From Octopus sinensis (lineage: Eukaryota): a stretch of DNA of 64,000 nucleotides. The notes beneath the pieces were generated by a model that saw only the letters and a program-made list of their open reading frames with translations, ran no database searches and was not told the origin of the DNA. Positions 1 through 12,788 of the stretch are shown here, in pieces. The stretch spans positions 152,954,001 through 153,018,000 of the forward strand of contig NC_042998.1 in the NCBI RefSeq assembly GCF_006345805.1, given 5' to 3'. The position numbers and the translations under genes were made by a program. Positions within the stretch are counted from its first letter, which is position 1. Every line of letters starts with the position of its first letter.

Positions 1-241
1 TCTCTGAAAAGATATATAAAAAATATAGCTCTCCATAATGAAAACTCTCAACACATACTTTTTATGAGTTTATGACTGTTTTCCAGTTGCTTTCTCCAGA
101 TCTATGTGCAGATTTGTAATTTAACACAGCAAAATTATGAAATCCATATCAATAAAACATTGTGATTGGTACCTCTAATAGTAATACTGCGAGATGGACT
201 ATGCCGTTAAATGTCCAGAGACACGACTTATCTATTGACAG

Positions 242-724
242 TGTAGTGACGTCATTTCCCAGTGTGCGTGTGCAGAACGTCATTCTTCAGTGTGCGTGTG
301 CGGGGCTGGAACCTTCTGGAAAGGCCTAAGGAAGTTCCCTCATGCAAATGTGCTAGAGACTGGGGAAGAAAATTCTATCACGTTCCTTGTTAGCGTCGTT
401 GACTTGAGACACGGCTATTGAAGAGAAAGGACCTGTTAAACGTGTGATTAGCCTATTCTCCTGTCCCAGACGCTTAGGATTTGACCTGCTCTGTTGCTGC
501 TGAATTTGTTGTGAGGTTTATCTTACAAATGTTAAAATTCAGCCTTGCTATATCGAAGCAAGTGGATACCAATATACCAATGTACTTCTTTTGTAAATAA
601 GAAAATAAAGAGTTATATATATTTTTAAGGTTGCGTTCTTGTTCCTGACTGGTAGTTTCTGGAAACTAAAGAAAGGAAATTGGTTGCACCCAAACAGTGT
701 AAAGAATCAACCAGTTCCATTACA
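242..724 (+). repeat. LTR1 (5' LTR, 483 bp)
   Basis: Starts TGTAGTG, ends CATTACA; carries a 28-bp internal tandem duplication absent from LTR2 and LTR3; AATAAA in the 3' half. Confidence 0.95.
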
Positions 725-725
725 G

Positions 726-743
726 TGGTGACCCCGATGTGAT
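726..743 (+). promoter_or_regulatory. Primer-binding site, tRNA-Trp type (copy 1)
   Basis: TGGTGACCCCGATGTGAT, a 17/18 match to the tRNA-Trp PBS TGGTGACCCCGACGTGAT known from avian leukosis-sarcoma viruses; directly after LTR1. Confidence 0.85.
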
Positions 744-1468
744 GGTCATAGTTTCTACCGAGTCTGAACCAATTAGTCAACCACCATCTCTGCCGCAGTC
801 ATCATCATCTTTGCTTCAATTTTATCGTCGTTTTGTCATAGACACAGAGCGTACCCAAACATATTATGAAGACGCTATTGTAAACCAACGACAGACATAA
901 CGTCATAACCAACATCATCTCCATCTACAAAAATTCAAGTGTACACAAGATACAGATTCTACTCATGCTGTAGTGTGAAAATCTCACCATGGAAAAACAG
1001 TTGCAGTGTATATATCTGGAAGAATATCTATATCAAGAGAAAAATATGCACAAGTGACTCAACTAATCTCAGCTCCGAGACTCAAATCTTGTATAGAACT
1101 CATTATCGTGTACTACATGAACTGGTAAAATAACTCTAAAGTAACTTCATTTAACACAAAATGTTGAGACTTCTCTCATGCTCTGTCGTGTTTGCATAAT
1201 TTTGTTTCAGACGCGACGAAGGTTGGTAAAATAAAAAAACAAAATGAATTTTTTAGTCTCTGTGCATACATTACAAAAAGAAAAAGAATAAAAAAACACA
1301 TTTTTTTTTGGTAAAATTTACACGTACAAAAAATTATTGGTTCAATTGCTGGTCTTGTTTTAATTTCTATTTATTTCTGTTCCTTTTTCCATTTGCGTCA
1401 GTTTAACTTTTCATTGTTATTTCCCTTTCCTTTAACAGAGTCATCTATTTAAATTTAAAAACTACAAA

Positions 1469-4400
1469 ATGTCTATGGCATCATCACGTGCTGCTTGTGT
1501 CTGCTCTGAATCATCTGCAGCCCCAATTGATAGACTTACTAAACAAATAGAAAGTCTCACCAAAAGGATGAACGCGATGTGTCGCGATGGCAAGCGATTT
1601 TCAAGATCGCATAGTCGATGCCGTTCTTCATCTCGTTCTACACAGTCAAAGTCCGGACTTTGACTGTGTAGGGATCACTCCAAATTTGGAGAGAAAGCAC
1701 ATAAGTGCATACAGCCATGTACCTATAAAAGATTTCAACTAGCTTTGGAGGAGTTGAGCACGTCAACTTCCTCCACATCGTTCGCTAGTTATCGTGCATT
1801 TTTTGTTAAAGATCTAGTGTCGAAGAAATACTTCATGGTAGACACTGGTTCTTGTTGCAGCATTTGGCCTCTGCGTCTCACAACCGACAGGCCAAAACGA
1901 TCTACTGTTACTTTGCACGCTATTGACTCATCACCAATAGCCACATTCGGGCAGATTTCTTTACGCCTCGACATAAATCTTCGTTGAGATTTTCAGTGGG
2001 TTTTTGTCATTGCTGACATTCCGCATCCTATTTTAGGTGCAGATTTTCTAAATAACTTTGATCTATTGGTAGATGTCAGGCGTTGGAGGCTAGTCAACAG
2101 TTCGACTACACTCTCCACGCCGACCAGAGAATCTACCGATTCAGCTCTTAGCCCGACATTTTTTGTTGCTACATCTGGAGATGTTTTTCATTCTCTTTTG
2201 GCTTCTTTTCCAGAGCTACTCGATATTACTTTTAAAATGGCAAAACCCGTACACTCAACACTCCATTTCATTACAACTACTGGGCCGCCTGTTTTTTCGC
2301 ACCCACGGCGTTTTGCACCTGATCGTCTTAAAACGGCTAGGGCTGAGTTTGAGCATATGCTCCAGCTTGGTCTGATACGCCCATCCACCAGTCCATGGGC
2401 ATCACCCCTTCATTTAGTTCGAAAAGGGGATACAGATTTTTACCCGGTGGGAGATTATCGGCGTCTAAATTCTGTGACGATTCCTGACAGATATCCCATA
2501 AGGATTCTTAATGATTTTTCAGCGAATCTTCATGGCTGTACCATTTTTTCTAAGGTTGACCTCATACGTGCTTATCATCAAATACCGGTCAACCCAGACG
2601 ATGTTCCTAAAATGGCAATTACCACTCCTTTTGGTTGTTTCGAATTTCTATACATGAGTTTTGGTTTGCGGAACGCCACTAGTACGTTCCAACGTTTTAT
2701 AGATGAAGTTGTTCATGGACTTGATTTTGTTTTCGCGTATGTCGATGATATCCTCATCGCAAGTGATACGCATGAAAATCATCTCCAGCACTTGTCTCAG
2801 CTTTTTCAGCGTCTTCGCGACTATGGTGTTTGCATTAATCCAGACAAGTGTGTTTTTGGGCAATCATCTCTTGATTTTCTCGGTCATTCTATTGATTCAA
2901 GTGGAATCAAACCTCTCTCGTCTAAAGTCGATGCAATTCAGCGCATCGCACCACCTTCTTCTTTGCGTCAACTTCGCCATTTTTTGGGTATAGTTAATTT
3001 CTATCGATGTTTCATAAACCGGTGTGCAGACAAGTTGTTTCCTTTAATGCAGATGCTAAAGAGCAATTCTAAAAAAGACACCCGTCTTACTCTTGCAACT
3101 GAAGCACTGTCTGCCTTTGAGTTAGTTAAAAAGGAACTAGCTTCAGTTCCTGTTCTAGCACATCCGGCTCCTGATGCTCCACTTACTTTATCTGTGGACG
3201 CATCAGATTCTGCAGTTGGCGCTGTCTTGCAGCACACCGTAGATGGTGAAACTAAACCTTTGGCTTTCTTTTCTTGCCAGCTGCAGCCTGCTGAACGCAG
3301 ATATAGTACTTTTGATCATTAGTTACTAGCGATCTATCTGTCAGTTCGGCATTTTCAGCACCAGCTCGAGGGACTAGAATTTGTGATTTATACTGATCAC
3401 ATATGTTTGCACTATCTTCTAAAACGGACAAACTCTCTCCTCATGCTTTCTGTCACCTGGACTATATTTCTCAGTTTACAAGTGACATTCGATATGTGCC
3501 AGGGAAGGAGAATGTCCCAGCTGATGCTCTCTCGAGACTCCCTGTCAATTCCATTTCCTCTCCTGCAGCAATTGACTTAACTGCTATTTCGCAGGATCAA
3601 CCACCTTTAGCGAAGTTGAATTTAACTTCGCCCAAGTTTATCAATTGTAAGTTTGCCTACCATCCGCTCCCTTCAGCAGAAGGCTCTATTCTTTGTGACG
3701 TCTCCATCGGTTCTCCTAGGTACTTGAGAAACATCAACGTTCTGTTTTTGATGCTTTTCATTCATTGTCACATCCGGGTATCTCTGCCACAGTACTGTTC
3801 TTCTGGCCCAATATGCGACGATCGATTACCTCTTGGGCATGCTCTTGTTTGTGGTGCCAGAGTGCTAAAGTCCATAGACACGTTCGTGCTCCACTTGGAC
3901 AGTTTTCTTCTCCTGAGGCCCGTTTTCGCCATATTCACCTTGATTTGGTTGGAACATGGCCTGTGAGTCACGGTTTCTCACATATTTTAACTTGTAGCGA
4001 TTGTTTCTCGCGTTGGCCGGAAGCTATTCCTATAGCAGACATTTCTGCTGAAACTGTTGCGAAAGCTTTCGTGTCTAACTGGATTTCTAGGTTCAGTGTA
4101 CCGTCCAGTTTAACCACAGATCGTGGTCGACAATTCGAAGCGGTTTTATTTCGTGAGTTATCACGAATTCTGGGGATGCATCATATACGCACCACTAGTT
4201 ACCATACCATTTCTAATGGGATGGTGGAGCGTTTCCACAGGCAACTTAAGGCCGCGTTGCTTGCCTCGCCGAACCCACAGTCGTGGACTGAATTTCTTCC
4301 TATCGTCCTGCTTGGATGTCGGACTGCGATTAAAGCAGACCTTGGTTTTTCTTCTGCCGAGCTCATGTATGGTACCACACTGGCATTGCCTGGTACGATG

Positions 4401-4682
4401 TTGGTGCCAGACAAGTCACAGTCTCTTAATTTAGAGTCTTATGTTGTTCGACTACGCAGATATTTTTCTGCCCTTCCTCCTATGGGTCCCCGACACCAAA
4501 ATCCTCCTTCTAATGTGCCATCAGATCTTGATTCCTGGACACATGTTTTTGTTCGTGATGATTCTGTCAAAGAACCTCTTGTTTCTCCTTATAAAGGACC
4601 TTTTAGTGTGATTTCCCGCACGCCGAAAGTATTCAAACTTGACATTAATGGTCGTTCGGGGAGATGGCCCTGCTCGATATGA
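1469..4682 (+). pseudogene. Gypsy gag C-terminus and pol (PR-RT-RNaseH-IN), copy 1, disrupted
   Basis: Gag C-terminal LCRDHSKFGEKAHKCIQPC; PR MVDTGS; RT DYRRLN...YVDD; RNase H; IN HHCC, HLDLVG / TTDRGRQF / [12 protein letters not shown]; stops and frameshifts present. Confidence 0.9.
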
Positions 4683-4722
4683 AGAGAAGGTGTCAGGAAT
4701 TTTGTTTCGTGCTTCTGCACTC

Positions 4723-4731
4723 AAGGGAGAG
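4723..4731 (+). promoter_or_regulatory. Polypurine tract (repeated before LTR3)
   Basis: AAGGGAGAG, 4 nt upstream of LTR2; same sequence before LTR3. Confidence 0.6.
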
Positions 4732-4735
4732 CCTT

Positions 4736-5189
4736 TGTAGTGATGTCATTTCCCAGTGTGCGTGTGCGGGGCTGGAACCTTCTGGAAAGGCCTAAGGAAG
4801 TTCCCTCATGCACATGCGCTAGACCTGGGGAAGAAAATTCTATCACGTTCCTTGTTAGCGTCGTTGACTTGAGACACGGCTATTGAAGAGAAAGGACCTG
4901 TTAAACGTGTGATTAGCCTATTCTCCTGTCCCAGACGCTTAGGATTTGACCTGCTCTGTTGCTGCTGAATTTGTTGTGAGGTTTATCTTACAAATGTTAA
5001 AATTCAGCCTTGCTATATCGAAGCAAGTGGATACCAATATACCAATGTACTTCTTTTGTAAATAAGAAAATAAAGAGTTATATATATTTTTAAGGTTGCG
5101 TTCTTGTTCCTGACTGGTAGTTTCTGGAAACTAAAGAAAGGAAATTGGTTGCACCCAAACAGTGTAAAGAATCAACCAGTTCCATTACA
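4736..5189 (+). repeat. LTR2 (shared middle LTR, 454 bp, chimeric)
   Basis: Preceded by a PPT and followed by a PBS; 5' part matches LTR3, 3' part matches LTR1 at diagnostic sites. Confidence 0.95.
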
Positions 5190-5190
5190 G

Positions 5191-5208
5191 TGGTGACCCC
5201 GATGTGAT
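5191..5208 (+). promoter_or_regulatory. Primer-binding site, tRNA-Trp type (copy 2)
   Basis: Same 18-mer directly after LTR2. Confidence 0.85.
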
Positions 5209-5934
5209 GGTCATAGTTTCTACCGAGTCTGAACCAATTAGTCAACCACCATCTCTGCCGCAGTCATCATCATCTTTGCTTCAATTTTATCGTCGTTTTG
5301 TCATAGACACAGAGCGTACCCAAACATATTATGAAGACGCTATTGTAAACCAACGACAGACATAACGTCATAACCAACATCATCTCCATCTACAAAAATT
5401 CAAGTGTACACAGATACAGATTCTACTCATGCTGTAGTGTGAAAATCTCACCATGGAAAAACAGTTGCAGTGTATATATCTGGAAGAATATCTATATCAA
5501 GAGAAAAATATGCACAAGTGACTCAACTAATCTCAGCTCCGAGACTCAAATCTTGTATAGAACTCATTATCGTGTACTACATGAACTGGTAAAATAACTC
5601 TAAAGTAACTTCATTTAAACACAAAATGTTGAGACTTCTCTCATGCTCTGTCGTGTTTGCATAATTTTGTTTCAGACGCGACGAAGGTTGGTAAAATAAA
5701 AAAACAAAATGAATTTTTTAGTCTCTGTGCATACATTACAAAAAGAAAAAGAATAAAAAAACACATTTTTTTTTGGTAAAATTTACACGTACAAAAAATT
5801 TATTGGTTCAATTGCTGGTCTTGTTTTAATTTCTATTTATTTCTGTTCCTTTTTCCATTTGCGTCAGTTTAACTTTTCATTGTTATTTCCCTTTCCTTTA
5901 ACAGAGTCATCTATTTAAATTTAAAAACTACAAA

Positions 5935-8900
5935 ATGTCTATGGCATCATCACGTGCTGCTTGTGTCTGCTCTGAATCATCTGCAGCCCCAATTGATAGA
6001 CTTACTAAACAAATAGAAAGTCTCACCAAAAGGATGAACGCGATGTGTCGCGATGGCAAGCGATTTTCAAGATCGCATAGTCGATGCCGTTCTTCATCTC
6101 GTTCTACACAGTCAAAGTCCGGACTTTGACTGTGTAGGGATCACTCCAAATTTGGAGAGAAAGCACATAAGTGCATACAGCCATGTACCTATAAAAGATT
6201 TCAACTAGCTTTGGAGGAGTTGAGCACGTCAACTTCCTCCACATCGTTCGCTAGTTATCGTGCATTTTTTGTTAAAGATCTAGTGTCGAAGAAATACTTC
6301 ATGGTAGACACTGGTTCTTGTTGCAGCATTTGGCCTCTGCGTCTCACAACCGACAGGCCAAAACGATCTACTGTTACTTTGCACGCTATTGACTCATCAC
6401 CAATAGCCACATTCGGGCAGATTTCTTTACGCCTCGACATAAATCTTCGTTGAGATTTTCAGTGGGTTTTTGTCATTGCTGACATTCCGCATCCTATTTT
6501 AGGTGCAGATTTTCTAAATAACTTTGATCTATTGGTAGATGTCAGGCGTTGGAGGCTAGTCAACAGTTCGACTACACTCTCCACGCCGACCAGAGAATCT
6601 ACCGATTCAGCTCTTAGCCCGACATTTTTTGTTGCTACATCTGGAGATGTTTTTCATTCTCTTTTGGCTTCTTTTCCAGAGCTACTCGATATTACTTTTA
6701 AAATGGCAAAACCCGTACACTCAACACTCCATTTCATTACAACTACTGGGCCGCCTGTTTTTTCGCACCCACGGCGTTTTGCACCTGATCGTCTTAAAAC
6801 GGCTAGGGCTGAGTTTGAGCATATGCTCCAGCTTGGTCTGATACGCCCATCCACCAGTCCATGGGCATCACCCCTTCATTTAGTTCGAAAAGGGGATACA
6901 GATTTTTACCCGGTGGGAGATTATCGGCGTCTAAATTCTGTGACGATTCCTGACAGATATCCCATAAGGATTCTTAATGATTTTTCAGCGAATCTTCATG
7001 GCTGTACCATTTTTTCTAAGGTTGACCTCATACGTGCTTATCATCAAATACCGGTCAACCCAGACGATGTTCCTAAAATGGCAATTACCACTCCTTTTGG
7101 TTGTTTCGAATTTCTATACATGAGTTTTGGTTTGCGGAACGCCACTAGTACGTTCCAACGTTTTATAGATGAAGTTGTTCATGGACTTGATTTTGTTTTC
7201 GCGTATGTCGATGATATCCTCATCGCAAGTGATACGCATGAAAATCATCTCCAGCACTTGTCTCAGCTTTTTCAGCGTCTTCGCGACTATGGTGTTTGCA
7301 TTAATCCAGACAAGTGTGTTTTTGGGCAATCATCTCTTGATTTTCTCGGTCATTCTATTGATTCAAGTGGAATCAAACCTCTCTCGTCTAAAGTCGATGC
7401 AATTCAGCGCATCGCACCACCTTCTTCTTTGCGTCAACTTCGCCATTTTTTGGGTATAGTTAATTTCTATCGATGTTTCATAAACCGGTGTGCAGACAAG
7501 TTGTTTCCTTTAATGCAGATGCTAAAGAGCAATTCTAAAAAAGACACCCGTCTTACTCTTGCAACTGAAGCACTGTCTGCCTTTGAGTTAGTTAAAAAGG
7601 AACTAGCTTCAGTTCCTGTTCTAGCACATCCGGCTCCTGATGCTCCACTTACTTTATCTGTGGACGCATCAGATTCTGCAGTTGGCGCTGTCTTGCAGCA
7701 CACCGTAGATGGTGAAACTAAACCTTTGGCTTTCTTTTCTTGCCAGCTGCAGCCTGCTGAACGCAGATATAGTACTTTTGATCATTAGTTACTAGCGATC
7801 TATCTGTCAGTTCGGCATTTTCAGCACCAGCTCGAGGGACTAGAATTTGTGATTTATACTGATCACATATGTTTGCACTATCTTCTAAAACGGACAAACT
7901 CTCTCCTCATGCTTTCTGTCACCTGGACTATATTTCTCAGTTTACAAGTGACATTCGATATGTGCCAGGGAAGGAGAATGTCCCAGCTGATGCTCTCTCG
8001 AGACTCCCTGTCAATTCCATTTCCTCTCCTGCAGCAATTGACTTAACTGCTATTTCGCAGGATCAACCACCTTTAGCGAAGTTGAATTTAACTTCGCCCA
8101 AGTTTATCAATTGTAAGTTTGCCTACCATCCGCTCCCTTCAGCAGAAGGCTCTATTCTTTGTGACGTCTCCATCGGTTCTCCTAGGTACTTGAGAAACAT
8201 CAACGTTCTGTTTTTGATGCTTTTCATTCATTGTCACATCCGGGTATCTCTGCCACAGTACTGTTCTTCTGGCCAATATGCGACGATCGATTACCTCTTG
8301 GCATGCTCTTGTTTGTGGTGCCAGAGTGCTAAAGTCCATAGACACGTTCGTGCTCCACTTGGACAGTTTTCTTCTCCTGAGGCCCGTTTTCGCCATATTC
8401 ACCTTGATTTGGTTGGAACATGGCCTGTGAGTCACGGTTTCTCACATATTTTAACTTGTAGCGATTGTTTCTCGCGTTGGCCGGAAGCTATTCCTATAGC
8501 AGACATTTCTGCTGAAACTGTTGCGAAAGCTTTCGTGTCTAACTGGATTTCTAGGTTCAGTGTACCGTCCAGTTTAACCACAGATCGTGGTCGACAATTC
8601 GAAGCGGTTTTATTTCGTGAGTTATCACGAATTCTGGGGATGCATCATATACGCACCACTAGTTACCATACCATTTCTAATGGGATGGTGGAGCGTTTCC
8701 ACAGGCAACTTAAGGCCGCGTTGCTTGCCTCGCCGAACCCACAGTCGTGGACTGAATTTCTTCCTATCGTCCTGCTTGGATGTCGGACTGCGATTAAAGC
8801 AGACCTTGGTTTTTCTTCTGCCGAGCTCATGTATGGTACCACACTGGCATTGCCTGGTACGATGTTGGTGCCAGACAAGTCACAGTCTCTTAATTAGAGT

Positions 8901-9145
8901 CTTATGTTGTTCGACTACGCAGATATTTTTCTGCCCTTCCTCCTATGGGTCCCCGACACCAAAATCCTCCTTCTAATGTGCCATCAGATCTTGATTCCTG
9001 GACACATGTTTTTGTTCGTGATGATTCTGTCAAAGAACCTCTTGTTTCTCCTTATAAAGGACCTTTTAGTGTGATTTCCCGCACGCCGAAAGTATTCAAA
9101 CTTGACATTAATGGTCGTTCGGGGAGATGGCCCTGCTCGATATGA
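5935..9145 (+). pseudogene. Gypsy gag C-terminus and pol, copy 2, disrupted
   Basis: Near-identical to copy 1; differs only by 1-bp indels, nearly all in homopolymer runs, as far as read. Confidence 0.9.
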
Positions 9146-9198
9146 AGAGAAGGTGTCAGGAATTTTGTTTCGTGCTTCTGCACTCAAGGGAGAGCCTT

Positions 9199-9652
9199 TG
9201 TAGTGATGTCATTTCCCAGTGTGCGTGTGCGGGGCTGGAACCTTCTGGAAAGGCCTAAGGAAGTTCCCTCATGCACATGCGCTAGACCTGGGGAAGAAAA
9301 TTCTATCACGTTCCTTGTTAGCGTCGTTGACTTGAGACACGGCTATTGAAGAGAAAGGACCTGTTAAACATGTGATTAGCCTATTCTCCTGTCCCAGACG
9401 CTAAGGATTTGACCTGCTCTGTTGCTGCTGAATTTGTTGTGAGGTTTATCTTACAAATGTTAAAATTCAGCCTTGCTATATTGAACCAAGTGGATACCAA
9501 TATACCAATGTACTTCTTTTGTAAATAAGAAAATAAAGAGTTATATATATTTTTAAGGTTGCGTTCTTGTTCCTGACTGGTAGTTTCTGGAAACTAAAGA
9601 AAGGAAATTGGTTGCACCTAAACAGTGTAAAGAATCAACCAGTTCCATTACA
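9199..9652 (+). repeat. LTR3 (3' LTR, 454 bp)
   Basis: TG...CA, followed by TSD ACAG rather than a PBS. Confidence 0.95.
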
Positions 9653-9738
9653 ACAGCATAAGGAATGTTTAAACTGTGACCTGTATATGAATTCTCTACT
9701 GACTCTGCTAGATATAATTTTCATCAAATAATATATCA

Positions 9739-9990
9739 CTATCATCATCATCATTAAATTTCTGTTTTTCATGCTGGCATGGGTTGGGCAGTTTAACATG
9801 AGCTGGCAAACCAAAAGACTGCACTAAGTTCTATTGTCAGCTTTGGTATGGTTTCTAAGACTGGATGTCCTTCCCATTAATAACTACTTCACTTAGTGTA
9901 TTGGGTGCTTGTTATGTAGCACCAACATCAGTGAAGGCATCAAGCAACTTGCAAGACAAAGTCTCCTTAATTCAGAGAAGGAGTGGTACT
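9739..9990 (-). mobile_element. RTE 3'-tail fragment
   Basis: (CAT)n tail followed by catgctggcatgggttgg...ctggatgtccttcc, as in the other RTE 3' ends in the window. Confidence 0.55.
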
Positions 9991-10462
9991 GAGGGAGATG
10001 GCTTTGTGCCATGTGATAAGAGGGTAAGTTATGGTAGAGGGACAGAAACAGGTGTCATGCTGTAAAGGAAAGACATGGCTACTCAAGTTGGAGAGAGAGA
10101 GAGAGAGAAAGAAAGAGAGAAAGAAGATGCTGGTGAAGATGTGCAAGGGCATACCCTTAAGGTACGAAGAGGGAGGTGAATGTAAATGGAATGCTACAGA
10201 GGATCAGATAAGGTGAGTAGGGAGTTCATCGAAGTGTATTGCAAAGTGCAGTAATTTTATTAATGAAACAAAATATTTTATAAATCAAATCAACAAATTC
10301 ATGTATGTTGAAGCCACTAGTTTCAAAAAAGTGTAAAGAATGTGACAACATTAACAATCAATAATTAATAGCATTCATAATTCTGTGAAAAGGTTAAGTA
10401 GTGATGAAATAATTGCTTTCTTTTTATACATTATGAATAATATAAATTCTTTTAAACATTAC

Positions 10463-10563
10463 CTCCCAATGAATAGTTTTGCTTGATCTGACATACTTTC
10501 TGGTATTTCTGGATGGATTTTATAGAAACCAACCTTGAACATGGCTGCTTGTGGAACACCAAG
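10463..10563 (-). CDS. MAP3K5: ASK1-family MAP3K exon (subdomain X), last exon found in window
   Basis: ttccag|CTT GGT...GGG AG|gtaatg; [33 protein letters not shown]; 101 nt. The next exon was not found and is probably left of position 1. Confidence 0.93.
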
Positions 10564-10761
10564 CTGGAAAATTAATAAGACAATAGAAACATATTCATCA
10601 TAGTATCCCATAATAAAAAATTCTGTTAAAAATTTTATTAGAATGTTTGATTTCACAAGTTTACAGAATTTGCATCTCTGATAGTTTCTAATCTTTGCTC
10701 ATCACTTTCGTAAACTTAAACATTAAAATAATATCTGTTCCAATCATATTTTCATGTTTAT

Positions 10762-12155
10762 ATCATAATCATCATTTAACTTCCATTTTCCATGTTGGCA
10801 TGTCTGTTTTGACATGGTTTCTACAGCTGGATACCTTTCCTAACACCAACTACTTTACAGAGTGTACTGCATGCTTTTACACAGCACTGGTACAGGTGAT
10901 TACAAGGCACTGGTATGGGTGCTTTTTATGTGGCACCAACACCCTTGAGCCCACAAGATTAAGAACACTGAGCTAAAGAGGGATGCAGGGAACATACTTG
11001 AATGCAAGGACAACCATGGTTTTACTTAGTTTGATGTGTCTTTTCAAGCACAGGAAACTACCAGGAGCCTCAGTCCCCTGTCATACCCTCTGTGAGGCTC
11101 AATGTCTGAAGATTTTTTCTCACCACTTTGTTCCACATCTTCCTCATTCTACCCCATCCACATGTTCCCTCCACAATTAGAGATCAACACTTCCTGATGC
11201 AACTGTCTTCATATGCATTACAGTACTGTACCAGTGCAGTCTTTGCTCTTGCACACTACATCTGATGCCTTGTATACCCAGTTTTTCTCTCAAATCACTT
11301 TCACTCTGCTGTATATGCACATCCAGTGGAGCATACTGACTTCATTTCTTTCAAGCCTTTGATTTCCTCAGTAGTCACAGCCCATGTCTCACTGCCATGT
11401 AGCACAGCTGTTTGTAAACAGGCATCATACAATCTGCCTTTCACTCTGAGGGACATACCCTTCATTTCTAACAGAGGTAGGAGCTCTCTGATCTTTGCCC
11501 AGCCTATTCTTATTCTAGCAGTTACACTTTCAGAACCTCCATCACTACTAACTTGGTCACCTATGTAACAGAAACTATCTACTACTTCAAAAGATCTCCA
11601 CCAACATTTGAGGGAGACTATTTTTTATACATTCCTGGTGTTTCATGTACCTGCACATCTGCCACATGCAAAGACTTCTTTGTTAATCTTCTAGAGATAC
11701 TGCTGCACTTCTTATGTGTCCATAGCTTGCAATGGGTTTCTCCTGACACCTTCTCTTCATGTCGAGCAGGGCCATCTCCCTGAAGGGATCTGCGATTTGT
11801 CTGTTTTCCTACTCATTAGGACTTTGGCCCCTAGGGCCCCTTGGCTCCAGCTTTTGCTTCCACACCTGAAATTTCTCTAGTTCTGATAGTGATTCAGCAA
11901 TAAGAACAGGGTTACAGGCATAGAGGAGCTTTCAGGGGAAGCCATTCTTAAATTCCTGTTATAGCTTGGTGGACTATGATAGATAAGAGGGGGTTCAGAA
12001 CCAATCCCTGGTGGACTCCTACTTGTACATTAACTTCCTTGCTAGACTCATTGGCAACTTTCACTTAACTGACAGCATCCTTGTAAATAGCTTTTATAAC
12101 TCTCACCGACCACTCATCTATCCCTAGCTTCTGCATTGCTCACCAGATAAGGGAG
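10762..12155 (-). mobile_element. RTE LINE, 5'-truncated and degenerate
   Basis: 3' tail plus RT C-terminal remnants similar to 58372-61985 (ELLYA-D, VEGTCG). Confidence 0.75.
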
Positions 12156-12722
12156 CAGGGGGAAGGGGGAGTTTAATTTTGTTTTTAGAGAGAGAGCATC
12201 TTTTAATTTCCACATAAACATTACAATTGGTATAGTTTCCAGTTATCATCAATTATCTCATTCTTGGTTTGTTCATAGTACCAGACTAGATATGAACTGA
12301 TAACCTTCATTCCTAAACTAAATGAAATAACACTTTATCCACAAGGCCACTGATGTGTACACATTTAATATTTACATTGTTTATTTTCAGTAAAGGAAGC
12401 TATATAGAGCTCATGTCAATGTTGGCCTTACTGATAGGATTATCAAGTGTTATTTGTATTGCTTCCTTAATTTTAAAAAAGTTTCCATTTTGGTTTTTCT
12501 ATTAATTATGGAAACTCCATTCTATAGTGGTTAATGGTAAAAAAAGAAACATGTAATGAGAAACTTCTAAGTCAGAAAGAAAGACAATCATCTACATGTT
12601 AAAAGATATAATACAATAATGAGTAGCTGTGCCAAGGTCTAGGCTTTTAGCCATGTGGATTGTAATCCAGCATCTTAGCCTTACTGACAAAAAACAAAAA
12701 AAAGAAAAGAAAAAGGTCTCAC

Positions 12723-12788
12723 CTCATTAAATGGCAGTTTTCCAGTAGCCATTTCAATAACAGTACAACCAAAGGACCATACATCTGC
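12723..12788 (-). CDS. MAP3K5: ASK1-family MAP3K exon (subdomain IX)
   Basis: ttacag|GCA GAT...AAT GAG|gtgaga; ADVWSFGCTVIEMATGKLPFNE; 66 nt. Confidence 0.95.

Larger units (their letters stand above)
242..9652 (+). mobile_element. Ty3/Gypsy LTR retrotransposon, tandem LTR-int-LTR-int-LTR, non-autonomous
   Basis: Three TG...CA LTRs; a single 4-bp TSD ACAG at 238-241 and 9653-9656; protease (VDTGS), RT (YVDD), RNase H (VDASD) and integrase in Gypsy order, twice with a ~4465-bp period; shared in-frame stops (TGA 1985, TAG 3320 and their copies). Confidence 0.97.

Noticed and set aside
55-125. Possible next kinase exon on the minus strand ending at a gtatgt donor
   Set aside because: No frame resembles the expected CFxPDPxxR segment, and stops occur; the next exon is likely outside the window
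3403-8897. Different integrase-region ORF lengths in the two Gypsy copies (187+305 aa versus 342+66 aa)
   Set aside because: The differences I found are 1-bp indels, almost all in homopolymer runs (ggccca/ggcca, tgggca/tggca, atttag/attag), typical of long-read error; not treated as biological
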